This document shows, piece by piece, positions 48,121-61,304 of a DNA stretch of 64,000 nt. The stretch is taken from positions 140,742,001-140,806,000 of the forward strand of contig NC_058368.1 of NCBI RefSeq assembly GCF_018350175.1. Reading direction: 5' to 3'. Source of the DNA: Felis catus (taxonomy: Eukaryota). A program made the translations under genes and the position numbers. The stretch's first letter is position 1. The number at the start of each line of letters is the position of its first letter. The notes below the pieces were generated by a model. It made no database searches and was not told the origin of the DNA. It saw only the letters and a program-made list of their open reading frames with translations.

Positions 48121-49146
48121 AAGGAAATGATCTATTTTTAATTCAGCAGGATAATGTAAGAAATCTGATGACTGAGTTCAGTAATATGCTGCAGAAATAG
48201 CGATCTCCCAACTATCTGGTGTATAACAGGCAAGTGGAACAACCACTTTTTCTGGTGCCACATCTGAAGACTAAGTGGACGGAGGGTTTACTAGTATTAG
48301 CACTGTTGGTGGTTGGGGTTTTCCTCACTTTGCATGAGTTAAAAAACGGATTCACACTGCTCTACAGAGATAGACCTGAGGGTTAAGGGATTAACAGAAA
48401 CCTAAATTTAAATTAGAAGGCAATGATATCCTAACAAAACTGAGCCAACAGATCAAATATCCGGCAGTCTCAGAAGCACAGTGGTAGAAATGCTGTTCCA
48501 TTAGACAGGAATATATACTTACATATCCAGAATAAATACCTACAAAATAAATAAGTAGGCAGCACTAACAAAATGCCCGTCATAACCATGGAAAGCAACC
48601 TGTGTGGCGAACGGATTCATTCTATATACGTAAGTTCTAAAAAAGAAAAGCAGTCACTCCATCTCCAATTCAGAAGGACAGTCTTCTGGACAGCTGTTAT
48701 ATATGGGGGTGGGGGGTGGGGGGGGAGTGTCAGAAATAAAGATGTCAACAGAGGAAACTGCATTTGTAGTGCCCAGATGTGGGTAACATATAGATGTGGG
48801 TGCCTTCGGCAAATAACTTAAGGACTTTGAGCTCAGTTTCTTCATGTGTAAAATGAGTAAGTGGGATGAAGTCATTGGTTTATTGTCACTGAGCATATTG
48901 TGTAAAACAGTGTGCCTGTCCTGGGTATGCCACAGAGAATGAGTAGGAAACAGTCCTGAACCTGATTTACTCATTCATTCAGTCACTCAGTCCCTGTGTC
49001 CCTGTTCCATGACAGGCATTGAGTAGATGACAGCAAGCGTGAAAAATACAGTCCCTGATCTCACAGTTCCATTCTGATGAGGAAGGCAGACAGACAGCCA
49101 GGCAACTCTAAAGCACCACAATGTATGTTATACAAGGGAAAGTGCA

Positions 49147-49307
49147 GGGGCACCTGGGTGGCTCAATTGGGTAAGCATCCGACTCTTGATTTCAGCTCAG
49201 GTCCTGATCTCACAGTTCATGAGTTCAAGCCCCGCATCAGGCTCTGCACAAATAGCAGAGCCTGCTTGGGATTCTTTTCTCTCCCTCTCTTTACCTGTCC
49301 TCTGATT

Positions 49308-49352
<45 letters not shown>

Positions 49353-49382
49353 ATAAATAAATAAACTTAAAAAAAATAAAAG
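49147..49382 (+). mobile_element. CAN-SINE inside an L2 fragment (~48970-49420)
   Basis: TSD AAAGTGCAGGG. Confidence 0.93.
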
Positions 49383-49696
49383 GAAAAGTGCAGGGTGTTA
49401 TGGAAAAAGGGGTAGCTAACCACTCTTTAGCTGGCACCTCAGTGCTATTTTCTCATTTAACTGTTCACCCAGTTTTACAGATGGGAAGACTGAGGGGTTA
49501 CATCATAGCTTCTCCCACTGCCTGTGAATCTTGTTAAAATTCACATCCTGATTCAGTAGGTCTGGGGTTTAGGCCTGAGATTCTGCATGTCTAACAAATT
49601 CCCACTCTTGCAGCAAGAGCTAGAGAGCTTGGGTCACTGTTCCTAGGTTACCCCGCTGGTAAGGGTCAGTGCCAGGTTCCCAGCCTAGCTTAAGTC

Positions 49697-49932
49697 TTTA
49701 TTTATTTATTTTTTAATGTTTTTTTAACGTTTATTTATTTTTGAGACAGAGAGAGACAGAGCATGAACGGGGGAGGGGCAGAGAGAGAGGGAGACACAGA
49801 ATCGGAAGCAGCCTCCAGGCTCTGAGCAAGCAGTCAGCACAGAGCCTGATGCGGGGCTCGAACCCACGGACCGCGAGATTGTGACCTGAGCTGAAGTCGG
49901 ACGCTCAACCGACTGAGCTACCCAGGCGCCCC
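49697..49932 (-). mobile_element. CAN-SINE
   Basis: CpG-rich minus-strand copy. Confidence 0.95.
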
Positions 49933-50324
49933 GAAGCTCGGTTCAGTTCTTTAAAGCCTATGCCTTTAATCACCTCTCAGAGGTCCTGCCCCCAGAGCTC
50001 CCACTACTCTAAAATTCTGATTCCCATGCCAGGTTAATTTGAAAAATACTAATCAAAAAATAGCAATAAGAAGTCTGGCATTTCCCAGTGCCCCAGCCAT
50101 TCCCTAAGGGAAGAGTATTTAGGGATGTCTGGGCACTCTCTCAGGATGGGAGGAGGCTCCTGGGGTGAGGCAGGAATAAGCTTCTGTAGTTATAAAACCC
50201 CCATGGGACCCTCAAAAGGGTCCCTTCTGAGGCCTGGTAGTGTTAAAACACCGATCCTCTGGTGGCCCTGCTCTAAGGCCTGCCCCAGAACTGGACCAGC
50301 CGAATAAAGAAGCTGTCATAAAGT

Positions 50325-50712
50325 TAACAGCCTCATATTGAGCCCTTAACTGTGTGCCAGGCACTTAACATTCAATTTTTATGGTAACCCGACAAAGTAG
50401 GACTATGACCGTCATCTTCACTCCACAAATAAGGAAACAGAGGTTAAATAACTGACCCAAAGTAACATACCTGGACAAAGGCAGAAAAGAGGGGCCACAG
50501 GGCACCTGGGTGGCTCACTCAGTTGAGTGTCCAACTCTCCATTTTGGCTCAGGTCATGATCTTACAGGTTCGTGAGTTTGAGCCCCACATAGGGCTCTGT
50601 GCTGACAGCGCAGGACCTGCTTGGGATATTCTCTCTCCCTCTCTCTCTGCCCCTCCCCCACCCACACTGTCTCTGTCTCTCAAAATAAATAAATAAACTT
50701 AAGAAATTTTAA
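50325..50712. mobile_element. MIR (-, ~50325-50480) followed by a CAN-SINE (+, 50500-50712)
   Basis: ATTGAGCCCTTAACTGTGTGCCAGGCAC MIR end; SINE TSD AGAAAAGAG(G/C)G. Confidence 0.85.
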
Positions 50713-50956
50713 AGAAAAGAGCGCCACTGCTCTATGTAGGTTGATGCCCTGTGTAACACTGTTTTCAATCAATCATTCTAGCTGAGGAGGAAAAAGAATG
50801 GCAGCTTTGGGTCAGAGTGTTCCTACACACTCCCCCCCACAATACCCTGCCAACAGCCATGGTGACCTATGCGGACATATAATCATATGTACACATAAGC
50901 ATATGTGAAAGGCCCGCCCCTCCTCTCTTACCCTGATTTGAGAAGACCTGCCATGT

Positions 50957-51002
<46 letters not shown>

Positions 51003-51240
51003 GCCTCAGAAGCCCCTAAATTAACTCATATAATTGGAACAACTTCATTCCTCCATGTTTACTGTAGGCCTACTATTTGTTCATAACCCACACCTTCAAG
51101 GAAGGTGACTGTCATTTAAGAGATAATTTATGGATATGACAGAACTAGGAAATACAGAACAATACCTCATGAAGTGATAAATCATATCAGAGGCTTAAAC
51201 AGATAATAATAGCTATCATTTATTGATCATGATCTATGAG

Positions 51241-51444
51241 CTTTATTTTTTTAATGTTTATTTATTTATTTTTGAGAAATAGAGAGCTAGCGGGGGAAGG
51301 CATAGAGAGAGAGAGAATCCCAAGCAGGCTCCACACTGCCAGCATAGAGCCCGCCATGGGACTCAAACCCACAAACTGGGAATCCATGACCTGAGCCTAA
51401 ACCCAGAGTCAGCCGCTCAACAGACTGAGGCACCCAGGTGCCCC
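51241..51444 (-). mobile_element. CAN-SINE within a MIR (~51205-51620)
   Basis: TSD ATCTATG(A/T)GCTTTA. Confidence 0.92.
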
Positions 51445-51869
51445 AATCTATGTGCTTTAGATGTAGTATCTCATGGGATCTTCCCAATGGTCCTTAGAAG
51501 CAAGTTATTATTATGTCTATATTATAGCTGAGTGGAGAGGTGCTTATATACAAAGTAACTTGGCCAAGGCTGGGCAGCCAGTAAATAGAAAACCTGGGTT
51601 TGAACCAGGAAACTGGGGCCACCCAACTTTTACACACCTTGGTCAAAACCACATGCAGGGTTTTAGTGCCTCTGTCTGAAACCACTTCTCTGTGCTGTGC
51701 ATCTCCGGCAGGGGAAAGAGTTGCATTACTTACAATTATAAAGAAAAGCCTAATGAAGAAAATGATATTTGATAGACGTTGAGCCCATAAAACAACCACC
51801 AACTCATCTTTATTAACCACTGGGTATAGTACTGGGACATTATAAATAGACAATAAATGCTTTTCAAAA

Positions 51870-52428
51870 ATATATTTTTTTAAGTTTTATTTATTTAGGG
51901 GCACCTGGGAAGCTCAGTCGGTTAAGTCTCTGACTCTTGATTTCTGCTCAGGTCATGATCTCACGGTTCGTGAGTTCGAGCCCTGCATTGGGCTCTGTGG
52001 TGACAGTGTGGAGCCTGCTTGGGATTCTCTCTTTCCTTCTCTCCCTGCTCCTCCCCCATTCACTGACTCTCTCTCTCTAAATAAATAAATAAACATTAAG
52101 AAAAAAGTTTTAGGGATGCCTGGGTGGCTCAGTCTGTTGAGCATCCAACTTGGCTCAAATCATGATCTCACAGTTCATGGGTTCGAGCCCCACATGGGGG
52201 TCTCTGCTGTCAGCGTGGAGCCCACTTTGGATCCTCTGTCTTCCTCTCTCTCTGCCCCTCCCCCTCCCTCACATAAACATTTTTAAAATCTTTAAAAAAT
52301 AAATTAAAATTAAAAAATTAAAAAATTAAGTTTTATTCATTTAAGTAATCTCTACACCCAACATGGGGCTTGAACTCATGACCCAAGATCAAGAGTTGCA
52401 TGCCTGACTGAGCCAGCCAGGTGCCCCA
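51870..52428. mobile_element. Short minus-strand SINE with two plus-strand SINEs (51898 and 52113) nested in its tail
   Basis: Outer TSD CAATAAATGCTTT; inner TSD AAGTTTTATT(T/C)ATTTA. Confidence 0.9.
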
Positions 52429-52619
52429 ACAATAAATGCTTTGTGAGCTAAAATATTTTGCTTAACTAAGAGTTTGCTATGAAAGGGTTGGGGTGTGTGT
52501 ACAAATGAAGGGGTAGGGAATACCGGTTGGAGGGCATGGATGAGCAAAGCTTTGCCAAGAATAAGCTCAACTTGTTTTGGGGAAACTGTGAAAATGCTAG
52601 TCTGTTGAAAATGGAGTTC

Positions 52620-55200
52620 ATTTTTCATTCAGTCATTCAGTCATTCAGCAAACAGTTCTTAAGCACCTACAACATGCCAGGCACTGTGTTAGAGGTTTGG
52701 AATACAAACATGAGTAAGACACAACCCCAGCCTTCAAACGGTTCACAGTTTTGAAGTGCGGGGTGGTTGGTGGGGAGGGGACACAGACATGTGCCATATG
52801 TAGGCTTATAAATGGCTTAAGAAGGGTCTAGAGAGTGGGGCACCAGGGCGGCTCAGTCAGTTAAGCATCTGACTCACAGTTCTTGAGGGTTCTTGAGATC
52901 AGAGCCCCCCTCGAGCCCCATGTCTGACTCCATGCTGACAGTGCAGGAACCTACTTAGGATTCTTTCTCTCCCGCTTTCTCCGCCCTTCCCCCACTCACT
53001 CACAAGCATGCTCTCTCATAAATAAATAAACAAACAAATAAGTAAAAAAGAAGGGCCTGGAGAAAGAGCTGAGGGTGCATAGAGGGAGAACTGATGGGGA
53101 ATTCAAGAAAGAAGTTGAGCAAGGATGGTCAGGCCCCTACAGGCAGTGAGATGAAGAGGGCAGAGGGTGGGGTTAGAATGAGGAGATAAGGATCTCCTTA
53201 TGGCATGATCTCCTTGTGACATGGCAGATGACACTATCAGGGTCATTTCAGTGACCCAGGTAAAGCCTGGCCAGACTCCTCAGTTGCACAAGTACACTCA
53301 GGCCATGAACAGATAGATGTCTTCAGAAACGATCCTTCAATGGGGCACCTGGGTGGCTCAGTCAGTTAAGCCTCTGATTCTTGGTTTCAGCTCAGGTCAT
53401 GATCTCATGGTTAGGTTCGTGAGTTTGAGCCCTGCATCAGTCTCCACGCTGGCAGTGCAGAGCCTGCTTGGGATTCTCTCTGTCTCCCTCCCTCTCTCTC
53501 AAAATAAGTGAATAAACTTAAGAAAGAAAAAAAAAAGAAAGAACTGATCCTTCTGTAAGATTAACAAGGCAGCTCTTTTCTGTGTTCTGAGGCAATTTCC
53601 AGGAAACATTTGGGCATACATCTTTTAACTCCCAGTGACCTCGTCCTAGAAAAGAGTAGGAAAAGTGGTCACGCTCTCAACATTTCTGCATAAAGTTTTC
53701 TTGAGCATCAGAAGTCATTCCATAAATCTTCATGGAGTACCTAGCATGTCCGGTACTATCTGAGGCAATACCTGAGGTGCTGAGGACTCAGCAGTAAACA
53801 AAATCTCTGATTTCATGAAGCTCTCATTCAAATGGGGGCCACAGACACAGTCAAGAGAAAAAAATCAGATCTACAAAATGGGAGAAGATGATGTGTAAAG
53901 GGAAAGGGGAGAATGATGTTGCGGAGGGCTATTCTGTGGGGGACTGCTCTGGTGGAGTTACATGCAGCCAACTCTGAATGGGGGGAGGGTGAGGAGATGG
54001 CCAGGGGAAGAGGAAACTCTCTGAAGTGGGAGAGTGCTCAGTGTATTCCAGAAACAAGGAGGCCAGTGCTGCTGGAGCAGACCAAGCAAGGGAAAGGGGA
54101 ATCCTGAGGAGCCAGGGGCTAGATCCTGTGGAGGCCTTTGGCTTTCCTTCCACCTGAGATGGGAGCCTTGGGAAGTAGGCGCAGGGTCTGGGGTACCTCT
54201 TAAGGATCACTCTGGGACAGAATTCGAGAAACAGGGAGGACCAGGGAAATCAGTAGGAGACTGTTGCCACAGCCCAGATAAAAGAGGATGGTGGTTTGGA
54301 CTAGGGGGGCAGCCAGAAGAAATTGTGAGATGATCTTAATCTAGAGATATTTTGAAATCCGAAAGGATTTGCTGACAGATTAGACGTGAGGGAAAGTGAG
54401 CAGTCAATGATGATTCAGATTCCGAGGATTTGGGCCAGAGTAAAAACTGCCATTTATCAAGTTGGGAGGACTTCTTGGGGTGCCTGGGTGACTCAGTTGG
54501 TTAAGCATCCAACTTTTGGTCTTGGCTCACAATCTGGCAGTTTGTGGGATCGAGCCCCACATCTGGCTGTGTGCTGACAGTGCAGAGCCTGTTTGGGATT
54601 CTCTCCTGCCCCCTGTCCACCCCACCCCACCCCTCCTCTCCAGCTCATACTCTCTCTTTCTCAAAATAGATAAATAAAAACTAATAAATAAATAAACAAA
54701 TAAACAAATAAATAAGACGGGAGGACTTCTTGAGGTTGGAACTCAAAATTTTGATTTTGGACATATTAATTTGAGGCAGCTGTTAAGATACATGAGCCCT
54801 GTGTTAAAGGGAGAGGCCAAAGCTGGGGACAGTAGTTATTAAAGTAAGGACAGGTAATTAAAGCCATGGGATCGGGTGAGGTCACCTGGGTAGTGATGGC
54901 AGGCCAAGGAGAGGTCTGGTCCTCCGGGCATGACAGTGTATAGAGGAGGAGGGGAACCAGGAAAGAGTGGTATCTTGAAAGTCAGTTGCTGCTGAGAGGG
55001 GAATCAACTAATGACTCGGCCTAACCCTTGGATTTGGCAAAGGAAGGTCACTGGGGACTTGGACAGAAACCAGTTTAGATGGAGTGGTGGGGATCGAAGC
55101 CTGGTGTTCTCATCAGGGTTCAAGGGAAAACTTGGGAAAAGAGGATGAGGAGATAATAAGAGGGGACATCTCTTTTAAGGAATTTTCTGTAAAGTGCAGT
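52620..55200 (-). mobile_element. Fragmented L2 elements interrupted by CAN-SINEs at 52837, 53342 and 54477
   Basis: CATTCAGCAAAC...AAGCACCTACAACATGCCAGGCACTGTG; GGATTTGCTGACAGATTAGA; TTTTGGACATATTAA; GGATTTGGCAAAGGAAGGTCACTGG. Confidence 0.75.
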
Positions 55201-55217
55201 CAAGAATGGAATTGGAG

Positions 55218-55332
55218 GGAGGCACCTGGCTGGCTCAGTTGGAGGAGCTGTGACTCTTGATCTCAGGGTCATGAGTTTGACCCCACGTTGGGTGTAGAGA
55301 CTACATACATACATACATAAATACTTTAAAAA
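55218..55332 (+). mobile_element. Short CAN-SINE
   Basis: Head plus GGGTGTAGAGACTAC end; AATTGGAGG flank repeated. Confidence 0.88.
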
Positions 55333-55749
55333 TGAATTAAATTGGAGGAAGATCAAGAAGGAAGATATCATTTATCATTTCATGTAACGCACTAGAAAGA
55401 GCCAGCCAAGGGGAAAAATTATTCATGTAGAGAGGAGGAGTGAGGACACTGAGTGATATCCTTATGCTGTGGAGAGGGGAGGGGCCCAGTGCACATGTGC
55501 AGGGTCAGCATAGGTGGGAGCATGGGCAGTTCACCCATTTTCAGGAAAAGGAGGTCAGAGGATATGGTGGGTGGATTTGTGGGTGGAACATGTGAATGTT
55601 TTCTTCTGACTGCTAATCTTTTCCTCCCTCTGTTTGTATGTGGTAATGGTGTTGTTTTCATCAATTCTAAGATGCAATCTTTTCATATTCTAGCAGCTAT
55701 GAAATTAGAATAAATCTTAAAATCAGTGGAACATTTAATTGTTAGTATT

Positions 55750-55868
55750 TAGTTAACCCTTGAACAACATGAGGGTTTGGGTGCTGACCTCCACTCTCCA
55801 CATAGTCAAAAATCCATGTATAACTTTTTTTTTTAAGTTTATTTATTTGGGGGTGGGGTGGGGCAGAG

Positions 55869-55911
<43 letters not shown>

Positions 55912-56407
55912 CTTAATAAGATTCCAAAGTGTCCCCTATGATCATGACCTGAGCCAAAATCAAGAGTTGGACACTTGACGGACTGAGTCACGCAGGTTCC
56001 CCCCCATGTATAACTTTTGACTCCCCCAAAACATAACTATTAATACCTACTGTTCACTGGAAGTCTTACCAATAACATAAACAGTCAACTAACACATATT
56101 TTGTATCTTATATGTATTATATTCTATAATTTTGCAAGAAATTGGGCTAAAGAAAAGAAAATGTCAAGAAAATCATAAGAAAGAGACATTTATAGTGCTA
56201 CACTTTATCCAAAAAAATCTACACTGTTAGCATGGAGGCTACTTGGGTTCCCTCTCCCTCTCTCTCTATCCCTCCACCATTCATTTGTGCTCACGCACTC
56301 TCTCTTTCTCTTTCCTTCTCAAAATAAATCATTAAACTTAAAAAAAAAAAAATCCGTGTGTAAGTGGACCCGCAGTATTCAAACTTGGGTTGTTCAAGAG
56401 TCAACTG
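55750..56407. mobile_element. Tigger2a-like non-autonomous DNA transposon with two SINE insertions (55824-56004 minus, 56222-56352 plus)
   Basis: TIRs AGTTAACCCTTGAACAAC and GTTGTTCAAGAGTCAACT; SINE TSD CCATGTATAACTTTT. Confidence 0.85.
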
Positions 56408-57296
56408 CATTCTTTCTCAGAACTACATATAATAAAGAAGAGTTTATGTCAAGGGTGACTCAGGCTTGGTGAACTATGGGTTGTCACTTTCCTTTGGACC
56501 CAACTAGAGTTGTCTGTCCATTGGAGAGGAGGCCAAGCAGGGCCCTGCAAATGCTGTTTGGCTTGTGAGTTAAAGGAGAGACGTCAACATTTTTAGTAAG
56601 ATACTTTGGGCCACTGAAAAGAAAGACAAAGAAAGAGGGAGGCAAGGAAAGGCAAGGAAAGATAAGATAAGGAGGAAGGGAGGGAGGGAGGGAAGGAAGG
56701 AAGGAAAGAAGGAGGAAAGAAAGAAAGAAACTAACTTGGGGCCATAACTATCTCTCTGGTAAAAATTCATCCAGCCCAAACTTCTGAAGAAAGGTCCAGG
56801 TGCCATGAAGTAGGGGAGGGAGGCTGGGCCTCTGCCCACAAGCTACAGGACTGTCTGGGCTTCTGATTGTTCTTTCATCAGGGGAACATGAAAGACCATG
56901 GACAAGGCAACTAACACTACTTGTCCCACACCTGAACCTGGACAGCCACACCTGACTCAGAAACCAAGTGCTTCCTTCAGTCAGACAAGATCTTGGCCGC
57001 ACTTCCTGTGTGGTAAAGACAAGGAGAAGTCCAAGTGTCTGAGAACAGGGAACTGTGTCACAGCATAGCTCTTGGGGTTACTTCAGCTTTACTTCTTGGG
57101 TAAGAGGAGCTAGGACTCCAGTCCCCCTTTTCTGTAGCTCAAGTCTAGGAATGGTTCGGGAGGTTCTCTTTGTCCAAAGAGTTGAGTGCTTACCATATAC
57201 TGTGCTGGCTGATCACTGGGTATACTGTATAAGCAAACTCAGACAGGGCCCCTGTTCTCAGAGCTTATATCTAGTCAGGGAGATTTATTAACAAAG

Positions 57297-57298
<2 letters not shown>

Positions 57299-57374
<76 letters not shown>

Positions 57375-57394
57375 CTATATATATATATATATAT
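57299..57394. repeat. (TA)n(CA)n(TA)n compound microsatellite
   Basis: Read directly. Confidence 0.95.
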
Positions 57395-57432
57395 AATTTT
57401 AAATTTAATTTTAAAGAAACGTTAAAGAAACT

Positions 57433-58315
57433 GGGTGCCTGGGTGGCTCAGTCTATTGAGCATCCAAGCTCAGGTCATAGTCTCATGGTTTGTGGGTTCG
57501 AGCCCTGAATCAGGCTCGCTGCTGTCAGTGCAGCCTCTGACCCTGCCCTCTTCCACTCATGCTCTCTATCTCTCAAAAATAAAATAACACTAAAAAAAAT
57601 AAACTTTAAAAAAAATTTTTATTTAAAAAAAATTTTTTTAATGTTTTATTTATTCTTGAGAGAGAGAGAGAGAGCATGAGCGGGGGAGGAGCAGAGCGAG
57701 AGAGGGACACAGAATCTGAAGCAGGCTCCAGGCTCTGAGCGGTCAGCACAGAGTCCGATGCGGGGCTCGAACTCACAGACCATGAGATCATGACCTGAGC
57801 TGAAGTCGGATGTTCAACCAACTGAGCCACCCAGGCACCCCTAAAAAATTTTTTTTTAATGTTTTATTTTTGAGAGACAGAGAGAGATGGTATGAGTCGG
57901 GGAGGAGCAGAGAGACAGGGAGACACAGAATCCAAAGCAGGCTCCAGGCTCCGAGCTGTCAGCACAGAGCCCGACATGGGGCTTGAACCCACAAACTGTG
58001 AGATCATGACCTGAGCCAAAGTCGGATGCCCAACGGACTGAGCCACCAGACACCCCCCCGCTCCACACCGAAAAAAAGAAACTTTAAAGAAACTATGTGC
58101 CAGGACATGTTCTGAGCACTTTACAAAGATTAACACCTGGGGTGCCTGGGTGGTTCAGTTGGTTGAGCATCCCACTCTTGATTTCAGCTCAGGTCATGAA
58201 ATGGGATCGAGCTCCATGTCGGGCTTTGCGTTGAGCATGGAGCCTACTTAAGATTCTCTTTCCTTCTGTCCCTCTCCCCTGCTCATGCTCTGTTTCTCAA
58301 AAATAAAAAAATAAA
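57433..58315. mobile_element. SINE cluster: + 57433-57600, - 57610-57841, - 57850-58060, + 58138-58315, within a MIR extending to ~58500
   Basis: Four SINE bodies; outer flank TTAAAGAAAC repeated; MIR core at 58340-58490. Confidence 0.9.
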
Positions 58316-59929
58316 CATTTGTACCATAATGTAAGAACCAGGTGCTATTACTATTACCCCTGCTTTACAGAAAACTAAAACTCAGGCACAGAGAAGTTCA
58401 TTATCTTGCCCAAGGTCACAGAACTCCTAAGTGGCAAAGTCAAGATTCAAACCCAAGCAGTTTTGCCTGGGAATCCTAGCTCTGAACCAATGCTGCCTCT
58501 CAGATTATTTTGTCTAGCAGTTATTCAGAAAAACAAGTTGCTTTGGAAATGGAAATGACTCATCCTGGAAGGAGAGATTGTAGCATGTGACAAGCCAGGG
58601 GCAGCTTCGAAGGCTGGCTGGAGAGACTGCTGCTCACCAAGCAATAAGCAATTTGCATCGGGCACTTCTGCAGTGTATTATACCTTGAGCCTCTCCCCCA
58701 TCCTCCTCTTCACAGACGTCTCCTTTGGGCTCTTACATGGCATCCTTATCTCGCCTTGCCTTTCATGCTTTTACTCTGCCCTCTCAGGCTTTACTGTTAG
58801 GGGCACAGATTTATTTTTCTCTTCGACCATGCAGCTTATAGTGACCTTGGCTAAATGTGGCACAGGACCACACCCAAGAGAAGGCCCAGTCAATGTATGG
58901 GGTAGGGGGTGGGGAGAAGGGGAGAGGAGTAGAGAGAGATTGGAAATCAGATTTTAAGAGGAGAAGCAGTTCTAGACCAAGACTATGTCTACCCTGGCCA
59001 ATGGAAGAGACTCCTTGCAAAATCTTGTCTCGTCTGTGGACTGGTTCAGTGGCCTACAACTTATTCAGAACTCAACACTTTCGCTATAAAACTGAGTGTT
59101 GTTCCTACAGTACTTTCTGCTTTTCCAAGCCCATCTGCAGTCCTGATCTCCTTCAACCCAACCACAACCCCAGGAGGTATTCGTGGCAGGACACAGCTGG
59201 ATCCCAAAGGGTCTTCAAAGCCACAGTTTGCTTGTCAGAAGCTAAGATCCCTCACTGCTGGGTGAGTCATTTGCAGTTCTAAAGTGAGTCTCATTTCAGA
59301 GTAAAGGAGCTTTGAGTTGGCAGGACAAAGCTGCATCTCTGTGCTTTAAACTCCACATTCTTCCACTCTGTTTCTCCCTCTCCGAGGAAGAGGACAAGAT
59401 AGTCTCAGATGCAGGACCTTCGAGAACCAAGACCTGAATCCCTGGACACCGCTGCTTGCCATCCTTGGGCTCCACTGCCAAAAATGGCCAGATCCAGCCC
59501 CCACCCCCCTACCCCCGCAAGAAATCAACACCAAATTTCTTATAAGAGTGCAAAACTTCAGAAAGCTTCTGGTAACACAAGCATATTGTGGTGGTACAAG
59601 GAATACAGCCATTGTAAGGTTGTGAGTTTGGCATTTGTTTCTGAATGTGCTTCTGAAACATGTTATTTTTAACACAAAGGCAATACTAGTCTCTATTTCA
59701 TAAGAAACCGTGAAATTAAGTGAGTTAATAATTTGAACATGTTACCTTTTCCTATTACAATATCTTTTTCTTTTCAATATCACTATACTTCCTATTTCTA
59801 TACTGGACCCATAAAAGAGGTAGCTGAGACCCTGGGGAGTTTTGGAAATACAATAGATTTTAGCTTCCGCTGGGACAGAAACCGATTCTGGCCCGTCGCT
59901 TCTGGTGGAGTCCAGTAGTCAGGACAGAA

Positions 59930-60350
59930 ATCAGGCTGACGTCAGAGCCATTACCCTCCCTGCCCCCACACCCAGCTGGCCAGCCTTTGTGTGGCTCTAA
60001 AGGCTCTGTGGGCATTCTGCAGGCGCTTCCTTCAAATGCTAATGAAAGCTCACAAATGGTAAACAGCAGGATGGAGCTAGTGTCCGTAGCCGGCCCGAGC
60101 AGCTGGGAGTTATTGCCCCACCCTTCCTCCCAAGATTTCCCCGACCCCCCTCCTCCAGGTTTCCAGAGCTGGGCTTCAACTGCCCGGAACCGGCCGCGGC
60201 CGTAACTCTAATCTCTGCGCCTGCGCGGTCCCGGCTTATCCTTCATATCAAATCCTAACGTCCTAAACCTCCTCCTCTCCTTACCAGCCTGTCACAGGCC
60301 TTTTTTATTCTCTGCAGTTTCCCCAGGCATTCCAGGCGCACGACAGCCTC
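59930..60350. promoter_or_regulatory. Small CpG-rich promoter/enhancer-like island
   Basis: Full CRE TGACGTCA at 59937-59944; CCGGAA at 60184; CGGCCGCGGCCG at 60191-60202; NRF1-like TGCGCCTGCGC at 60216-60226. Confidence 0.5.
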
Positions 60351-61046
60351 CTACCACCCCCTACCAAGCCCAAAGCACCTCTGAGGCGTCCCAGTGGCCA
60401 GGCCTTCTAGTCCTTTGAATGAATACAAGCAAGGTTCTTGTAAGGTAGGTCGTATTAATTTTAAAGATGAGGAACAGAGTCCCAGGGTGACCAACTGACA
60501 GAGCCAAGATTTAACCCAGGCCTCTTGGATTCCCTGGTCTAGACCTTTCCTTCTTATCACATATCTCTTCAAAGGCAGGAGACATTTCTGATTGAAGGAG
60601 CAATGGGGCAATGGAGTCTGGATAAGAGAAGGGTCCATGGAGGCCCCTAGAGACAGAGCCACTTGAGGGAAACGTCAAATCTGGCCCTGTTTGAGGACCA
60701 CAGCTTGTCTCCAGACCTTCCCTCCCAAGACCTTGGTGGGGCTTTTTCTCTGACACTAATGATAAATAGCTTTCAGGGCCCAGGATTGAGAGTGCATGCT
60801 GGTCTTCAGTTCCTCCTCTGACATGCCCGACTGCTTTTTGAAGTGCATCTGTTTCACACAGGCAAATTACTTTGTGAAACTGTGAGCTCCTGGGTTGTTA
60901 GGAGGTGGCTCTGAGCACTCTCCCTCTCCCCCAGAATAGTCTGTCAGATCTCCAGGATGCAGGTCTAATCCTGCTGGGTTGCAGAGGGAATACTTTTAGC
61001 TGGCCAGGGATTATGGGATCATTTGTCTAAAAACAATATAACCCTT

Positions 61047-61304
61047 TTTTTTTTAATTTTTAAAATTTTATCTATTTATTTTGAGAGAGCACAAGCAGCA
61101 CAAATAGATAAATTTTATCTATTTATCTTGAGCATGCACAAGCAGCGGCATGCAGGTGTGGGGTGGGGGGAGAAGGTAGAAGAGACAGAATCCCAAGCAG
61201 GCTCTGATGTGGGGCTCTGATGTGGGGCTCACAAACCGTGAGATCACGACCTGGGCCAAGAGCAAGAGTCGGACGCTTAACTGGCTGTGCCATCCAGGTG
61301 CCCC
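61047..61304 (-). mobile_element. CAN-SINE with a rearranged tail and an internal 13-bp duplication
   Basis: Two TTTATCTATTTAT(T/C)TTGAG tail segments; GCTCTGATGTGGG twice. Confidence 0.88.

Noticed and set aside
36325..54312. CTCF-like motifs at about 36325, 40631, 42450 and 54297
   Set aside because: Each misses key consensus positions; such partial matches are expected by chance in 64 kb.
58857..59282. 141-aa ORF with a nearby GTGAGT donor
   Set aside because: GTG start and no recognisable domain; splice signals at chance level without transcript data.
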